Below are positions 44,878-53,968 of a DNA stretch of 55,392 nucleotides, piece by piece. Under the pieces are notes generated by a model. It made no database searches. It was not told where the DNA came from and saw only the letters and a program-made list of their open reading frames with translations. The stretch spans positions 1-55,392 of the forward strand of contig JAFWZK010000045.1 of the NCBI GenBank assembly GCA_017522445.1, read 5' to 3'. This DNA is from Alphaproteobacteria bacterium (GTDB lineage: Bacteria; Pseudomonadota; Alphaproteobacteria; Rs-D84). The translations under genes and the position numbers were made by a program. Numbering within the stretch: position 1 is the stretch's first letter; each line of letters opens with the position of its first letter.

Positions 44878-47369
44878 TGACAAACTTTATAGGTATTGAT
44901 TTAGGGACTACTAATAGTGCTATTTCATCATATGATGGTGAAAATGTAAAAATCTGGAAGAGTTCTGATGGGTATGATGTTACGCCGTCTGCTATTTTTG
45001 TGGACAAAAGAGGAAATAAATATGTTGGTAAGAAAGCATACAACCAGATGGCGAATGATCCGGAAAATGTGGCGGTTCGTTTTAAGCGCATGATGGGTAC
45101 AAGCACTATGGTTAGTGTCCCAAATTTTGGCAGAGAGTGGTCACCAGAGGAATGCTCTGCGGAGATCTTGAAAACTATGTTCAATTATTTACCTGATGAA
45201 ATCAAGAATGATCCGGAGTTGGGAACTGTCATAACTGTTCCTGCGGCATTTGACCAAAAGGCCAAAGATGCTACACTGGCTGCCGCTAATATGGCAGGTA
45301 TTGGAAAAGTTGCTCTTATGCAGGAGCCGGTTGCAGCGGTTATGAGTATCATGAAGACTCGTCCGGAGGATGGTATATTCCTTGTTTATGACTTGGGTGG
45401 TGGCACCTTAGATGTTGCTGTCGCAGAAAGCACAAATGGGCGAGTAAGTTTGATGAGCCATGGTGGGATTTCAGTTTGCGGCGGTCGTGATTTTGACCGT
45501 GTGTTAATTGAGAAGGTTGTCTATCCTTGGATGCAAAGTCGCTTTAAATTACCTGATGAATTTTGGACCTTGGATAAGTATAAATCTATTGTTGGAATTA
45601 TAAATCATGCTACTGAAGAAGCAAAAATTGCTTTATCTGATAGAGAAAGTGCTACCATTTCGGTTTCTGAATCACAGTTGCGTATTCAGGATGAGGCAGG
45701 AGAGGATTTGTACTTGGATGTGGAAATTACACGTGAAATTTACAACCCTTTGATTGAGGAACAAATTCAGGATACAATTAAGGCTGTTCTTGACACGTTA
45801 AATGCCGCTGGTCTTAAAACAGAGGATGTTGTTCGTATAGTTTTTGTTGGGGGGCCAACAAATTATAAACCATTGCGTGATAAGGTTTCATCTCAGTTGG
45901 GTATTCCTGCGAATACCGAGGTCAATCCTATGACAGCCGTTTCAGAGGGGGCGAGTATTTATGCTGAATCCATAGATTGGTCTTCCCAGGCGCATGCGAA
46001 AAAGAATACTCGTGGTTCTATCGAGTCTAAGGGGGCGGTAAATGTAAAATTTGACTATATTGCTCGCACTCCGGATTCTAAGACTAAGCTTGTTGTTACC
46101 CTTGATTCTGGTGGTAGGCAGGGATATGAATTCCAGATTGACTCGCTAGATACTGGTTGGTCTTCTGGCAAAATTGCATTAGGCGACAAAACTCCAGTTG
46201 ATGTCCTTTTATCTAAAAATGGTGAAAATACGTTTAAGGTTTTTGTCTTTAATGATTTGGGTGAAATTGTTCCACTGGAAACAAATAAAATCGTTATTGT
46301 TAAAACAGCAGCGACAATTGATTCTATCCCAGCATCTCATACTGTGTTTGTTGGTGTGTTGGATAAATTAGGTGGAACGCCTGTGCCAGAAATTTTGGTT
46401 AAGGCTGGTGATATGTTGCCAAAACGTGGAACCATTAGGTTAAAGGCAGCAGAAACACTAAAGGCTGGCGATATGGCCTCTCTAAACTTTAATTTGTGGG
46501 AGGGTGATATTGTAACTCCGATTGACGATAATCGCCCAATTGGCTGTTTCAAGATTTCTGGGACCGACTTTGATGATGGTGTCATTCCTGCTGGGGCGGA
46601 TATTGATTGTATATATGAAATGTCGGACGATGGTAACATAAAACTAGAAGTATCTATTCCATGTATTCGTGGTTCCTTTGATTCTACGAACAATTTCTAT
46701 TCTAGACAGGAAGGACAAAAAGACTATACCGATGCAGCTGAGGGAATTATAGCGGATGCGGAATCTACCCGTAGTCGTGCGGATGATATGGCTGAGAAAA
46801 TTGACGACCCCGATTTAGATTCTGCGATTACAAAGTTGAATAATGCTGCCTCGTTGTCTTCCGATGAAAGGGATCCAGAAAAAGCAAGAGCTGCTGAAGA
46901 ACAGGTCTTGCAGGCAAAAAAGGAATTGGCAAAAGTTCGCAAAAAACATTTGAAGACGATCCGCCAAATAGAGTTGGACAAGATGCTGGAGGTTTTTGAA
47001 CCTCTGCGTAAGGTGGCAAGTACCACTGATATAAGCACTATTGATAATCTTGTTGCCAGCGCAAAGCGTACGATCGAACGTGAAAACAATGAATTTGAGG
47101 GCTATATCAAGGAAATTCGCTTTAAGATATTCGCAATTTTGTGGAAGCAAGATTGGTTCGTTGTTGCTCGTTTCAAGAATTTGGCCACACGTCGTCAAAC
47201 TGTAACCGACAAAGCTAAGTTCAATAGCTTGATTGCCGCCGGTAATAATGCGATGGAACATGACAATATTGACCGATTGAGACAAATTGTTGGTGAGTTG
47301 GAAATGATCTGTATTGGCGGCAGTGCCGGCTTTGAAGATATGAATATTACAAATATCGTAAGAGGATAG
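44877..47369 (+). CDS. Hsp70 (DnaK)-superfamily ATPase, 830 aa, non-canonical
   Basis: Phosphate-1 motif IGIDLGTTNSAISSYDG. ITVPAAFDQKAKDATLAAANMAGI..LMQEPVAAV is present. Phosphate-2 motif FLVYDLGGGTLDVAVAE and GGRDFD are present. Adenosine motif VFVGGPTNYKPLRDKV. The SBD-beta-like region is IPAGADIDCIYEMSDDGNIKLEVS, followed by a long helical C-terminus. Confidence 0.9.
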   Translation: MTNFIGIDLGTTNSAISSYDGENVKIWKSSDGYDVTPSAIFVDKRGNKYVGKKAYNQMANDPENVAVRFKRMMGTSTMVSVPNFGREWSPEECSAEILKTMFNYLPDEIKNDPELGTVITVPAAFDQKAKDATLAAANMAGIGKVALMQEPVAAVMSIMKTRPEDGIFLVYDLGGGTLDVAVAESTNGRVSLMSHGGISVCGGRDFDRVLIEKVVYPWMQSRFKLPDEFWTLDKYKSIVGIINHATEEAKIALSDRESATISVSESQLRIQDEAGEDLYLDVEITREIYNPLIEEQIQDTIKAVLDTLNAAGLKTEDVVRIVFVGGPTNYKPLRDKVSSQLGIPANTEVNPMTAVSEGASIYAESIDWSSQAHAKKNTRGSIESKGAVNVKFDYIARTPDSKTKLVVTLDSGGRQGYEFQIDSLDTGWSSGKIALGDKTPVDVLLSKNGENTFKVFVFNDLGEIVPLETNKIVIVKTAATIDSIPASHTVFVGVLDKLGGTPVPEILVKAGDMLPKRGTIRLKAAETLKAGDMASLNFNLWEGDIVTPIDDNRPIGCFKISGTDFDDGVIPAGADIDCIYEMSDDGNIKLEVSIPCIRGSFDSTNNFYSRQEGQKDYTDAAEGIIADAESTRSRADDMAEKIDDPDLDSAITKLNNAASLSSDERDPEKARAAEEQVLQAKKELAKVRKKHLKTIRQIELDKMLEVFEPLRKVASTTDISTIDNLVASAKRTIERENNEFEGYIKEIRFKIFAILWKQDWFVVARFKNLATRRQTVTDKAKFNSLIAAGNNAMEHDNIDRLRQIVGELEMICIGGSAGFEDMNITNIVRG

Positions 47370-47372
47370 GAT

Positions 47373-48788
47373 ATGATGGACCCTTGGTTACCAAAAGACT
47401 ATAAAATTGCAAAGGATGTTGAGATCAGAAATCTTGTCTTTGCAAATGATACTTGGCAAATTTATAAGACGAATAACAACAAAAATTTGTTGGTTAGTCG
47501 TCAGCCGTTAGTGGACAAGTGGGTTGATCAAGGGTTATTAAATCCTGAGGTCTTCTTCAAGTGTGATTTTGGTGGTGACAACTTTAGTTGTTTGTTGTCT
47601 TCGGAGCGGTTCCTATTAGCACCACTAAGCTATAAGTTCTTTGAGGTGGATAAGGTTTCGGCCTTAGCTTTTGCAAAGAGTCTTAGGGAAACTAGAAATA
47701 TCCTGAAGGATGTTCCGTTGGATGATGCTATTTATGTTGAACAGTATGCACGGTTGTTGCCTGTTGCTGAGTTGTCTGGTGGGCATGTTGATGATAGCCT
47801 ACTTTTAGGAACATGGTTAACCGGTGGGGTTGCTGTTCCGACTACTTCGATTAGAAGATTGAAAAGCCTGACTGCTAATTTCTCAAAGCAGGATCTGGAA
47901 GATATTATTGATGCCTCTGGTATAGAACAAAAGGTGCTGGATGGTCAGGTTGATTCAGAGGCGGCATTTTTAGATGACTTTGGCACAAGAAAACATAGTG
48001 CTGTTAAACCAACTAAGTTTTCTCTGCCTGGGGCCACGTATCTGGAAAATTTCTTTCATGAAAACGTTATTGATATAGTCCAAAATGCGGAACGGTATGA
48101 GAGTCTGGGAATTGGTTTCCCATCGCCAATTATTCTTTATGGTAAACCAGGTACTGGTAAAACTTACGCCGTTGAAAAGTTGGCTGAATTTTTAGATTGG
48201 CCAGTTTATAGCATAAATTCAAGTAGTATCGGCAGTCCATATATTCATCAAACAGGACAGAAAATTGCTGAGGTGTTCAATAAGGCGTTTGATACATCGC
48301 CATCTATTGTAATAATTGATGAAATGGAGGCATACCTTTCCAAGCGAGAGGGTGCGCAAGATTTTAAGGTCGAGGAAGTTGGCGAGTTCTTGCGCTTGAT
48401 ACCAGAGGCACCAAAGAATAAGGTGTTGGTTGTTGGTATGACTAACTTGTTGGAAAATATCGATCCTGCGATCCTTAGAACTGGTCGTTTTGACCATAAG
48501 ATTGAGGTAAGGATGCCAACAGCTGAGGACATTAAATCGATGCTTGATACGGCCCTTGCGAAATTGCCTAAGGAAGACGGTTTGGTATTGGATAAGGTGA
48601 TTGAAGCATTGACTGATAGACCACGTTCTGATGTTGCTTTTGTTGTTAAGGAGGCCGCACGATTAACCGCTTTTCGTGGTAAAGACAAAATTTCCCAAAT
48701 TGAAATTGATGATGCTCTTCAAGCTAGGGCATTGAAATCAACTGAAGACAAACCTAAAAGACGTATAGGATTTAACAATGATAATTAA
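47373..48788 (+). CDS. Classic-clade AAA+ ATPase with a ~240-aa unknown N-domain
   Basis: Walker A is ILYGKPGTGKTYAV. Walker B is SIVIIDEMEAY. The second region of homology/arginine finger is GMTNLLENIDPAILRTGRFDHKIEVRMP. It starts 3 nt after the Hsp70 stop. Confidence 0.9.
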   Translation: MMDPWLPKDYKIAKDVEIRNLVFANDTWQIYKTNNNKNLLVSRQPLVDKWVDQGLLNPEVFFKCDFGGDNFSCLLSSERFLLAPLSYKFFEVDKVSALAFAKSLRETRNILKDVPLDDAIYVEQYARLLPVAELSGGHVDDSLLLGTWLTGGVAVPTTSIRRLKSLTANFSKQDLEDIIDASGIEQKVLDGQVDSEAAFLDDFGTRKHSAVKPTKFSLPGATYLENFFHENVIDIVQNAERYESLGIGFPSPIILYGKPGTGKTYAVEKLAEFLDWPVYSINSSSIGSPYIHQTGQKIAEVFNKAFDTSPSIVIIDEMEAYLSKREGAQDFKVEEVGEFLRLIPEAPKNKVLVVGMTNLLENIDPAILRTGRFDHKIEVRMPTAEDIKSMLDTALAKLPKEDGLVLDKVIEALTDRPRSDVAFVVKEAARLTAFRGKDKISQIEIDDALQARALKSTEDKPKRRIGFNNDN

Positions 48789-50571
48789 AGAAAATCCCTT
48801 TTATATACTTGGTGCTAGTCTGCGAGACAATCGCCAAAAGATAATGTCCCTTGCGGAAGAAAAGAGCCTTGAAGTTGATGAGGCTGTTTGTTCTGAGGCC
48901 CGTATGGTACTTACAAATCCAAGAAGACGATTGGTGGCCGAGTTGTCCTGGTTCCCTGGAGTTAGTCTAAAGGAAACGTCAGTCATATTGAGTAAGTTGA
49001 AGTTTGGAGTTCTTGAGACAGAATTGCTCGATAAATTACCGCCTTTGGTTAGGTTTAACTTGTCTTTGGAGTTGTTGCTGCATGGAAAAAAGAAATTGAG
49101 TGATGCTGCTCTTGAAAAGAGTTTATTCGAACTAGCTAAATCATATGATGATATTAACGCTGATAGCTTGTTAAAAGTTATAAATGAAGAACGTAGCATT
49201 TCAGGATTCTCTGAGGTGTCAGATGTTGCTATTTTGGCCGAGGAAATTGAAAATATCAGGATCCAGGCTGTCCATTCATTACAAGATTTATTATCTGGTC
49301 GTTCTTTGACATCTCTAAACCATATTATGTTGGGTGTTCTGGCACGAGAGAAAAAGGATGGTTCTTCTTTGGAATTGGTTCAGGATTATATTGACAGCAT
49401 ATATGCGATGTCAGTTCAAAAGGATATGGAGACTTTAGATGAAGGGATAAAGTCCTCTATTGAGAATGTAAAAAAAGTGGCCGCAAGGAAAAATGTATCA
49501 AAATCTTACTTAGAGCAGGTAATTGATGAATTCCTCTCAAAGTTGGAGGATTACGATAACATTATGCAGCCTATGCAGGTAAGCATGCAAAATCGTGGCT
49601 TAGAACATACAGCAAGTAGAGAGATGGCTAGCCAGGTGCGCTTGTTGGCAATTCATTTGAGTACCAAGCACAAGGCATTTGATTTATCAGAACGAATTGT
49701 AAAAAAGGCAAAGGAGTTGTTTGCGGAGGTTAATACTTCTGCTGAACATTTTGCTGAGGACCTGTCAGCAATTACTCAGTTAAGGGAGTCTAAGGCAAAA
49801 CGGGAGAAGGAAATAACTTGCACAATTGAAAAGCGATCATTATTTTTCCCAAAAACTGTATCTATCAACCCCAAAAAAATTCAGTATGGTGAGACTGAAT
49901 ATCAATTGAATGAGATTACACATATTCGTTATGGTTTGACAGAACGATATGTTAATGGTTTTCATCAGGGAACTGATACCATGGTGGCATTTGGTGATTC
50001 TGAAGGTGAAACAGTCATAACTTGGATGGATAAGTATGATTTTAGGAAGTTTACAGATGCTCTATGGAAAGCGGTTGGTCCGGATTTGATTATGATTATG
50101 GTTGCACAACTTGCTCAGGGTAAGGATATTTACGGAACCATTTACAATGATGGTATTAAGTTGACCAAATCCAAGTTTTTTAGCTCAGAGACTAAATTCT
50201 TCAAGTGGCATGAGGTTGGTTGGGCTGAGATGAATGGAGCTATTCATTTTATGGCATTCAAAGAGAATGATTTTGTTAAAAGTTTTTCTTTCCAGGAAAT
50301 TAACAATGCTCACGTTATTTCTGTGATGATGCGAATATTCAAAGAACATCCTGCACGCACTATTAGTGAGGCATTTGGAATGTCTAAGGCCGATGCTAAA
50401 AAGGAACGTCAGGTTAGCTTCTCAGAGGATACGCCGGAGGATTCTGATGATTCAACTTCTGGAAATTCATCCTCAACCAATTCTGTGAATGATGAGAGTT
50501 CCGATGGGTGGCTTGGTCTATTCCTATTTATTTTCATTGCAATAATTATTGCAATACTTGGAGGTGCATAA
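48778..50571 (+). CDS. J-domain-like (HPD-less) tail-anchored protein
   Basis: The N-terminus ENPFYILGASLRDNRQKIMSLAEEK....ARMVLTNPRRRLVAELSWF is colinear with J-domain helices I-III (DYYEILGV....IKKAY..LA..YHPD....AYEVL.DP.KR..YD), but HPD is replaced by LEVDE. It has an acidic S/D-rich segment and then the C-terminal TM helix WLGLFLFIFIAIIIAILGG. It overlaps the AAA+ gene by 11 nt. Confidence 0.55.
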   Translation: MIIKENPFYILGASLRDNRQKIMSLAEEKSLEVDEAVCSEARMVLTNPRRRLVAELSWFPGVSLKETSVILSKLKFGVLETELLDKLPPLVRFNLSLELLLHGKKKLSDAALEKSLFELAKSYDDINADSLLKVINEERSISGFSEVSDVAILAEEIENIRIQAVHSLQDLLSGRSLTSLNHIMLGVLAREKKDGSSLELVQDYIDSIYAMSVQKDMETLDEGIKSSIENVKKVAARKNVSKSYLEQVIDEFLSKLEDYDNIMQPMQVSMQNRGLEHTASREMASQVRLLAIHLSTKHKAFDLSERIVKKAKELFAEVNTSAEHFAEDLSAITQLRESKAKREKEITCTIEKRSLFFPKTVSINPKKIQYGETEYQLNEITHIRYGLTERYVNGFHQGTDTMVAFGDSEGETVITWMDKYDFRKFTDALWKAVGPDLIMIMVAQLAQGKDIYGTIYNDGIKLTKSKFFSSETKFFKWHEVGWAEMNGAIHFMAFKENDFVKSFSFQEINNAHVISVMMRIFKEHPARTISEAFGMSKADAKKERQVSFSEDTPEDSDDSTSGNSSSTNSVNDESSDGWLGLFLFIFIAIIIAILGGA

Positions 50572-50572
50572 A

Positions 50573-50860
50573 ATGAATAAAAATTCTTGGTACATTGTTT
50601 GTTGTATTATGTTGGGTTTGGCTATTCTACCGGTCATGCCCTATGGATACTATATGCTATTACGTGTTGTTATCTGTGGTGTTTGCCTGTGGCAGATAAT
50701 TACATTATACAATAACAAGGGAACGCTGCCGGTTGGATTATGCCTGATTGCTCTGCTGTATAATCCTATATTCTCTGTTGGCTTAACACGTGGAGTATGG
50801 ACAATACTAAACATTGCCACGTTGATTTACTTTATATCAAATATGAAAGCAACTAAATAA
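50573..50860 (+). CDS. Small 3-TM membrane protein
   Basis: RBS ggaggtg. MNKNSWYIVCCIMLGLAILPVMPYGYYMLLRVVICGVCLW...LLYNPIFSVGLTRGVWTILNIATLIYF. Confidence 0.65.
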   Translation: MNKNSWYIVCCIMLGLAILPVMPYGYYMLLRVVICGVCLWQIITLYNNKGTLPVGLCLIALLYNPIFSVGLTRGVWTILNIATLIYFISNMKATK

Positions 50861-50872
50861 AGGATTTGTGAT

Positions 50873-51196
50873 ATGAAGGCTTTTTTTGCTGGTGTTGTAA
50901 TGGTAGCATTATTTGTTCTAGGTATAGTTCAATTTGGTGCATTGGTTAGTTTCTTTCACAATTGGTTTGACGGTTATATGTTTTTATCAGTTGTATTTGC
51001 ATCGTTTATTACGGGAATACCTCTTTTGGCCACAATCCTTGGTATACTTGGAGCTGTTAATGCTTGGGGCATGAATGTTTTTCTAGCTATACTGTTGTTT
51101 TGTCCGTTGCTGATAATTTATATCCCGATGATTTTAGGAATTCCTGTGGCTATTATCTTTGACAAGATTAAAAATTTGGGTAAGAATGTACAGTAA
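50873..51196 (+). CDS. Small polytopic membrane protein
   Basis: Four hydrophobic segments (AGVVMVALFVLGIVQFGALV, FLSVVFASFITGIPLLATILGILGAV, and so on). Confidence 0.6.
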   Translation: MKAFFAGVVMVALFVLGIVQFGALVSFFHNWFDGYMFLSVVFASFITGIPLLATILGILGAVNAWGMNVFLAILLFCPLLIIYIPMILGIPVAIIFDKIKNLGKNVQ

Positions 51197-51231
51197 GTTT
51201 GTTAGTTGTAATAAATTCTGTACTTGCAAAA

Positions 51232-51807
51232 ATGGGGTTTATAATGAAAGGGTTTCTTGGTTTCTTCATAGGTTCTTTGGCTGCGATTGTTCTATACCAC
51301 ATATCTCCAACCCTTTGTTTGGTTGTTTTACTTCCTATTGCTATTTACTATGCATTTTCTAGCAATAAGGAAAAAGCCCCTAAAAAAAGTGAGAAAAAGA
51401 TTGAAAATGAACGTTCGATTATCGAGAGTATGAAGAGTGCCATCTCTACACACCCATCATATGTTGATTTGTCTGTAGAGGAAAAAAGGGATTGTTTGTT
51501 AAACTTGCAGGCAGAGGCAGAGGGGATTTTAATTGCAAGCAAAAGGCAAAAAGATAATTTTGATAAAATGCCAGATGGCATAGCTAAAAGAATCGAGTCA
51601 CAAGTTATTGAAAAGTTTGCAACAACTGTTAAGGAAGCAGAGTTGCGTTCTATCGCAATTGGGGAAATGTTGGATGAGTTGAACATAGGAAAGGAAATCT
51701 CACAATCGGTCAACCAAAAGGATTCTGGAATTGAAAAAGTTAGCATCGGTGAGGTTACTACAGTTGCGGAAAACAAATCCTCTTGGATCGATGACGATGA
51801 TGATTAA
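51232..51807 (+). CDS. N-terminally membrane-anchored coiled-coil protein with an acidic tail
   Basis: FLGFFIGSLAAIVLYHISPTLCLVVLLPIAIYYAF, then a charged helical region ending WIDDDDD. The start is ambiguous (51199 TTG, 51232 or 51244 ATG). Confidence 0.55.
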   Translation: MGFIMKGFLGFFIGSLAAIVLYHISPTLCLVVLLPIAIYYAFSSNKEKAPKKSEKKIENERSIIESMKSAISTHPSYVDLSVEEKRDCLLNLQAEAEGILIASKRQKDNFDKMPDGIAKRIESQVIEKFATTVKEAELRSIAIGEMLDELNIGKEISQSVNQKDSGIEKVSIGEVTTVAENKSSWIDDDDD

Positions 51808-51952
51808 GAAATACTTCTGTTGATTTTTTGTTCGTTTTGTGATATAATGCCTGGCATCAGCGGACGGTTTTAAGCCGTCTTTTTTATTCTGCCCTGGCTC
51901 TGTGCTGGGGCTTTTTCTATGCGAGGTTTATATGTCTGGAAGGAGAGCTGGC

Positions 51953-52813
51953 ATGCAGCGTGCCAAAAACACTAAAAACGATGAATTCTATACCCAGTAT
52001 CAAGATATCGCTGCCGAATGTGACCATTACCTGGATCAGTTTAGGAATAAGGTCATATACTGTAATTGTGATACTGAGTGCAGCAATTTTGTGCGTTACT
52101 TTTTGAATCTAAAATCCCAGGGGATTATTCGTGATGTCATCTGGTCTGGTGGTCTGGGTGGCATTGACTTTCGAAGTCCGGAATCAGTTGCTATGTTGCA
52201 GCAGGCGGATGTGGTTGTTACCAATCCGCCTTTTTCTTTGTTCCGGCAATATGTGGCCCAGTTGATTGAATCAGGCAAGCAGTTCCTGATCCTGGGCAAT
52301 CAAAACGCTATTTCGTATAAGGATTTTTTTCCTTTGTTTAAGTCTGGTCAGGTTCGGTTGGGATACAAATCCTTTGGGCCGTTGTTGTTTGATGTTCCGG
52401 TGGTTGAACCAGACAAGACCTATAAGGTGGTTGATGGTGTGCCAAGGGCGGTGGTTGCGGTATGCTGGTTCACGAACCTGCAAACACCCGACAAAAATGG
52501 TCTGGTATTGTCCAAGCGGTATTTCGGTAATGAGTCTTGCTATCCAAAATACGACAACATCGATGCAATAAATGTTGGCCGTATCAAGGATATTCCGATG
52601 GACTATGATGGGTTGATTGGTGTGCCTATTACATTCATGGGTTGTTATAACCCTGCACAGTTTGTTTTAATGGGGCTGGACGAAGAATTGACCGACAATC
52701 GGGACCGTTGCACCATAAATGGTCAACGCCTGTATGCACGCATTTTTATACGCAAGAAATCGGCATCAGTTGTTGCCAATGACAATGATAACTTGACAGT
52801 CTTTGCTGCTTGA
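51953..52813 (+). CDS. N6-adenine DNA methyltransferase, EcoRI-methylase-like family
   Basis: Strong RBS aaggagag precedes ATG 51953. The N-terminus is KNTKNDEFYTQYQDI. The catalytic motif is DVVVTNPPFSLFRQYV, followed by KQFLILGNQNAISYKDFFPL. Confidence 0.8.
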   Translation: MQRAKNTKNDEFYTQYQDIAAECDHYLDQFRNKVIYCNCDTECSNFVRYFLNLKSQGIIRDVIWSGGLGGIDFRSPESVAMLQQADVVVTNPPFSLFRQYVAQLIESGKQFLILGNQNAISYKDFFPLFKSGQVRLGYKSFGPLLFDVPVVEPDKTYKVVDGVPRAVVAVCWFTNLQTPDKNGLVLSKRYFGNESCYPKYDNIDAINVGRIKDIPMDYDGLIGVPITFMGCYNPAQFVLMGLDEELTDNRDRCTINGQRLYARIFIRKKSASVVANDNDNLTVFAA

Positions 52814-52827
52814 TTCATAATCTTGCT

Positions 52828-53910
52828 ATGAAGAAATTCCTGCTGATTTTATCCGTCTTGGTCTGCATATTCTGTGGCCATAGTTCGGTTGTTCATGCAG
52901 CCAGCTATCACTCTGCTTTTGAGGTTGTCTTTGATAGCGAGAAGAAAGTTCCCGAATTCAAGTCCGTTGCAATTAAAAACCTGACCAAGTCTGAAACTAT
53001 GGTTCATGACCGGCATGAGTTCTTGGGTGTGCGCAAGCTGATTGATATTCTGGGTGAAGTAAAAGATGAAAGTCGCAAAGTTCGTTTCAAGACCAACTAT
53101 ATGCGTATTTCTGACAATGATGTTGTTTCGGTGGTTGATAAAGCGACCTGGTATTATTTCATCAATAAAAAGTCCAAGAAGCCGATTTATGCCCTGTATT
53201 ATCCGACCAATGATGTGACCGAGATAATGACCGAAGGTGATTTGTTGGTCATTGGCAAAGTCAGCGATACCGAGATTTATGTTATCTTGCTGGCCAAAGA
53301 TTCTGACAAACGTGCTGAATTCTTGAAACGGTTTGATGGTGGTCTTGCTGCAACTGGCAGCAAAAAAAAAGTAGATGACGACAAGCCATCGTTCTGGTCT
53401 AGGTTGTGGAATAAATCCTATGAAGTTGAGGAAACACAGCCGGTTGAGACACCGGTTGAATTGCAAGAGATTAAGGCAAAGGACTGGATTCGTATCTATT
53501 TTACCCCTGGTCCTGATTGTGAAAATAACATTGTAGCCGAGATTAACAAAGCCAAGAAAATTGACATCGCCGTTTATTCTATTACCAACAGAAAAATCGT
53601 TGATGCCATTTTGGCTGCAAAAAAACGTGGGGCAAAAGTGCGTGTCATTACTGACCGTCTGATGTCATCAAATAAGTATTCGCTAGATGAGGAATTGGCT
53701 GCTGCCGGTATTCCGGTTGTGATTCATAAAAAGCATAAAATAATGCACAACAAATACGCCATATTTGATAGCAAAACGATTGTGACTGGTTCCTATAACT
53801 GGACCAAGGCCGCAACCCAGTCCAATAGTGAAAACTGTCTGTTCTTTGAGCAGCCGAACAAAGAATACAGCATTCACTTTGAGGAACTGTGGGATTTATA
53901 CACTCAATAG
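52828..53910 (+). CDS. Signal-peptide-bearing phospholipase-D-family (Nuc-like) nuclease with an unknown ~200-aa N-domain
   Basis: Signal peptide MKKFLLILSVLVCIFCGHSSVVHA. The C-terminal PLD domain has the HKD motif HNKYAIFDSKTIVTGSYNWTKAATQSNSEN. Only one HKD copy is present, so dimerisation is expected as in Nuc/BfiI. Confidence 0.8.
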   Translation: MKKFLLILSVLVCIFCGHSSVVHAASYHSAFEVVFDSEKKVPEFKSVAIKNLTKSETMVHDRHEFLGVRKLIDILGEVKDESRKVRFKTNYMRISDNDVVSVVDKATWYYFINKKSKKPIYALYYPTNDVTEIMTEGDLLVIGKVSDTEIYVILLAKDSDKRAEFLKRFDGGLAATGSKKKVDDDKPSFWSRLWNKSYEVEETQPVETPVELQEIKAKDWIRIYFTPGPDCENNIVAEINKAKKIDIAVYSITNRKIVDAILAAKKRGAKVRVITDRLMSSNKYSLDEELAAAGIPVVIHKKHKIMHNKYAIFDSKTIVTGSYNWTKAATQSNSENCLFFEQPNKEYSIHFEELWDLYTQ

Positions 53911-53933
53911 TGTATCTTAATAATAACCGGCAT

Positions 53934-53962
53934 TTGAAATCAGCCAATTTTTATGATAGAAT
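53934..53962 (+). promoter_or_regulatory. Sigma70-type promoter of RNA element B
   Basis: TTGAAA (53934-39), 17-nt spacer, extended -10 TGaTAGAAT (53954-62). Confidence 0.6.
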
Positions 53963-53968
53963 GGGATT

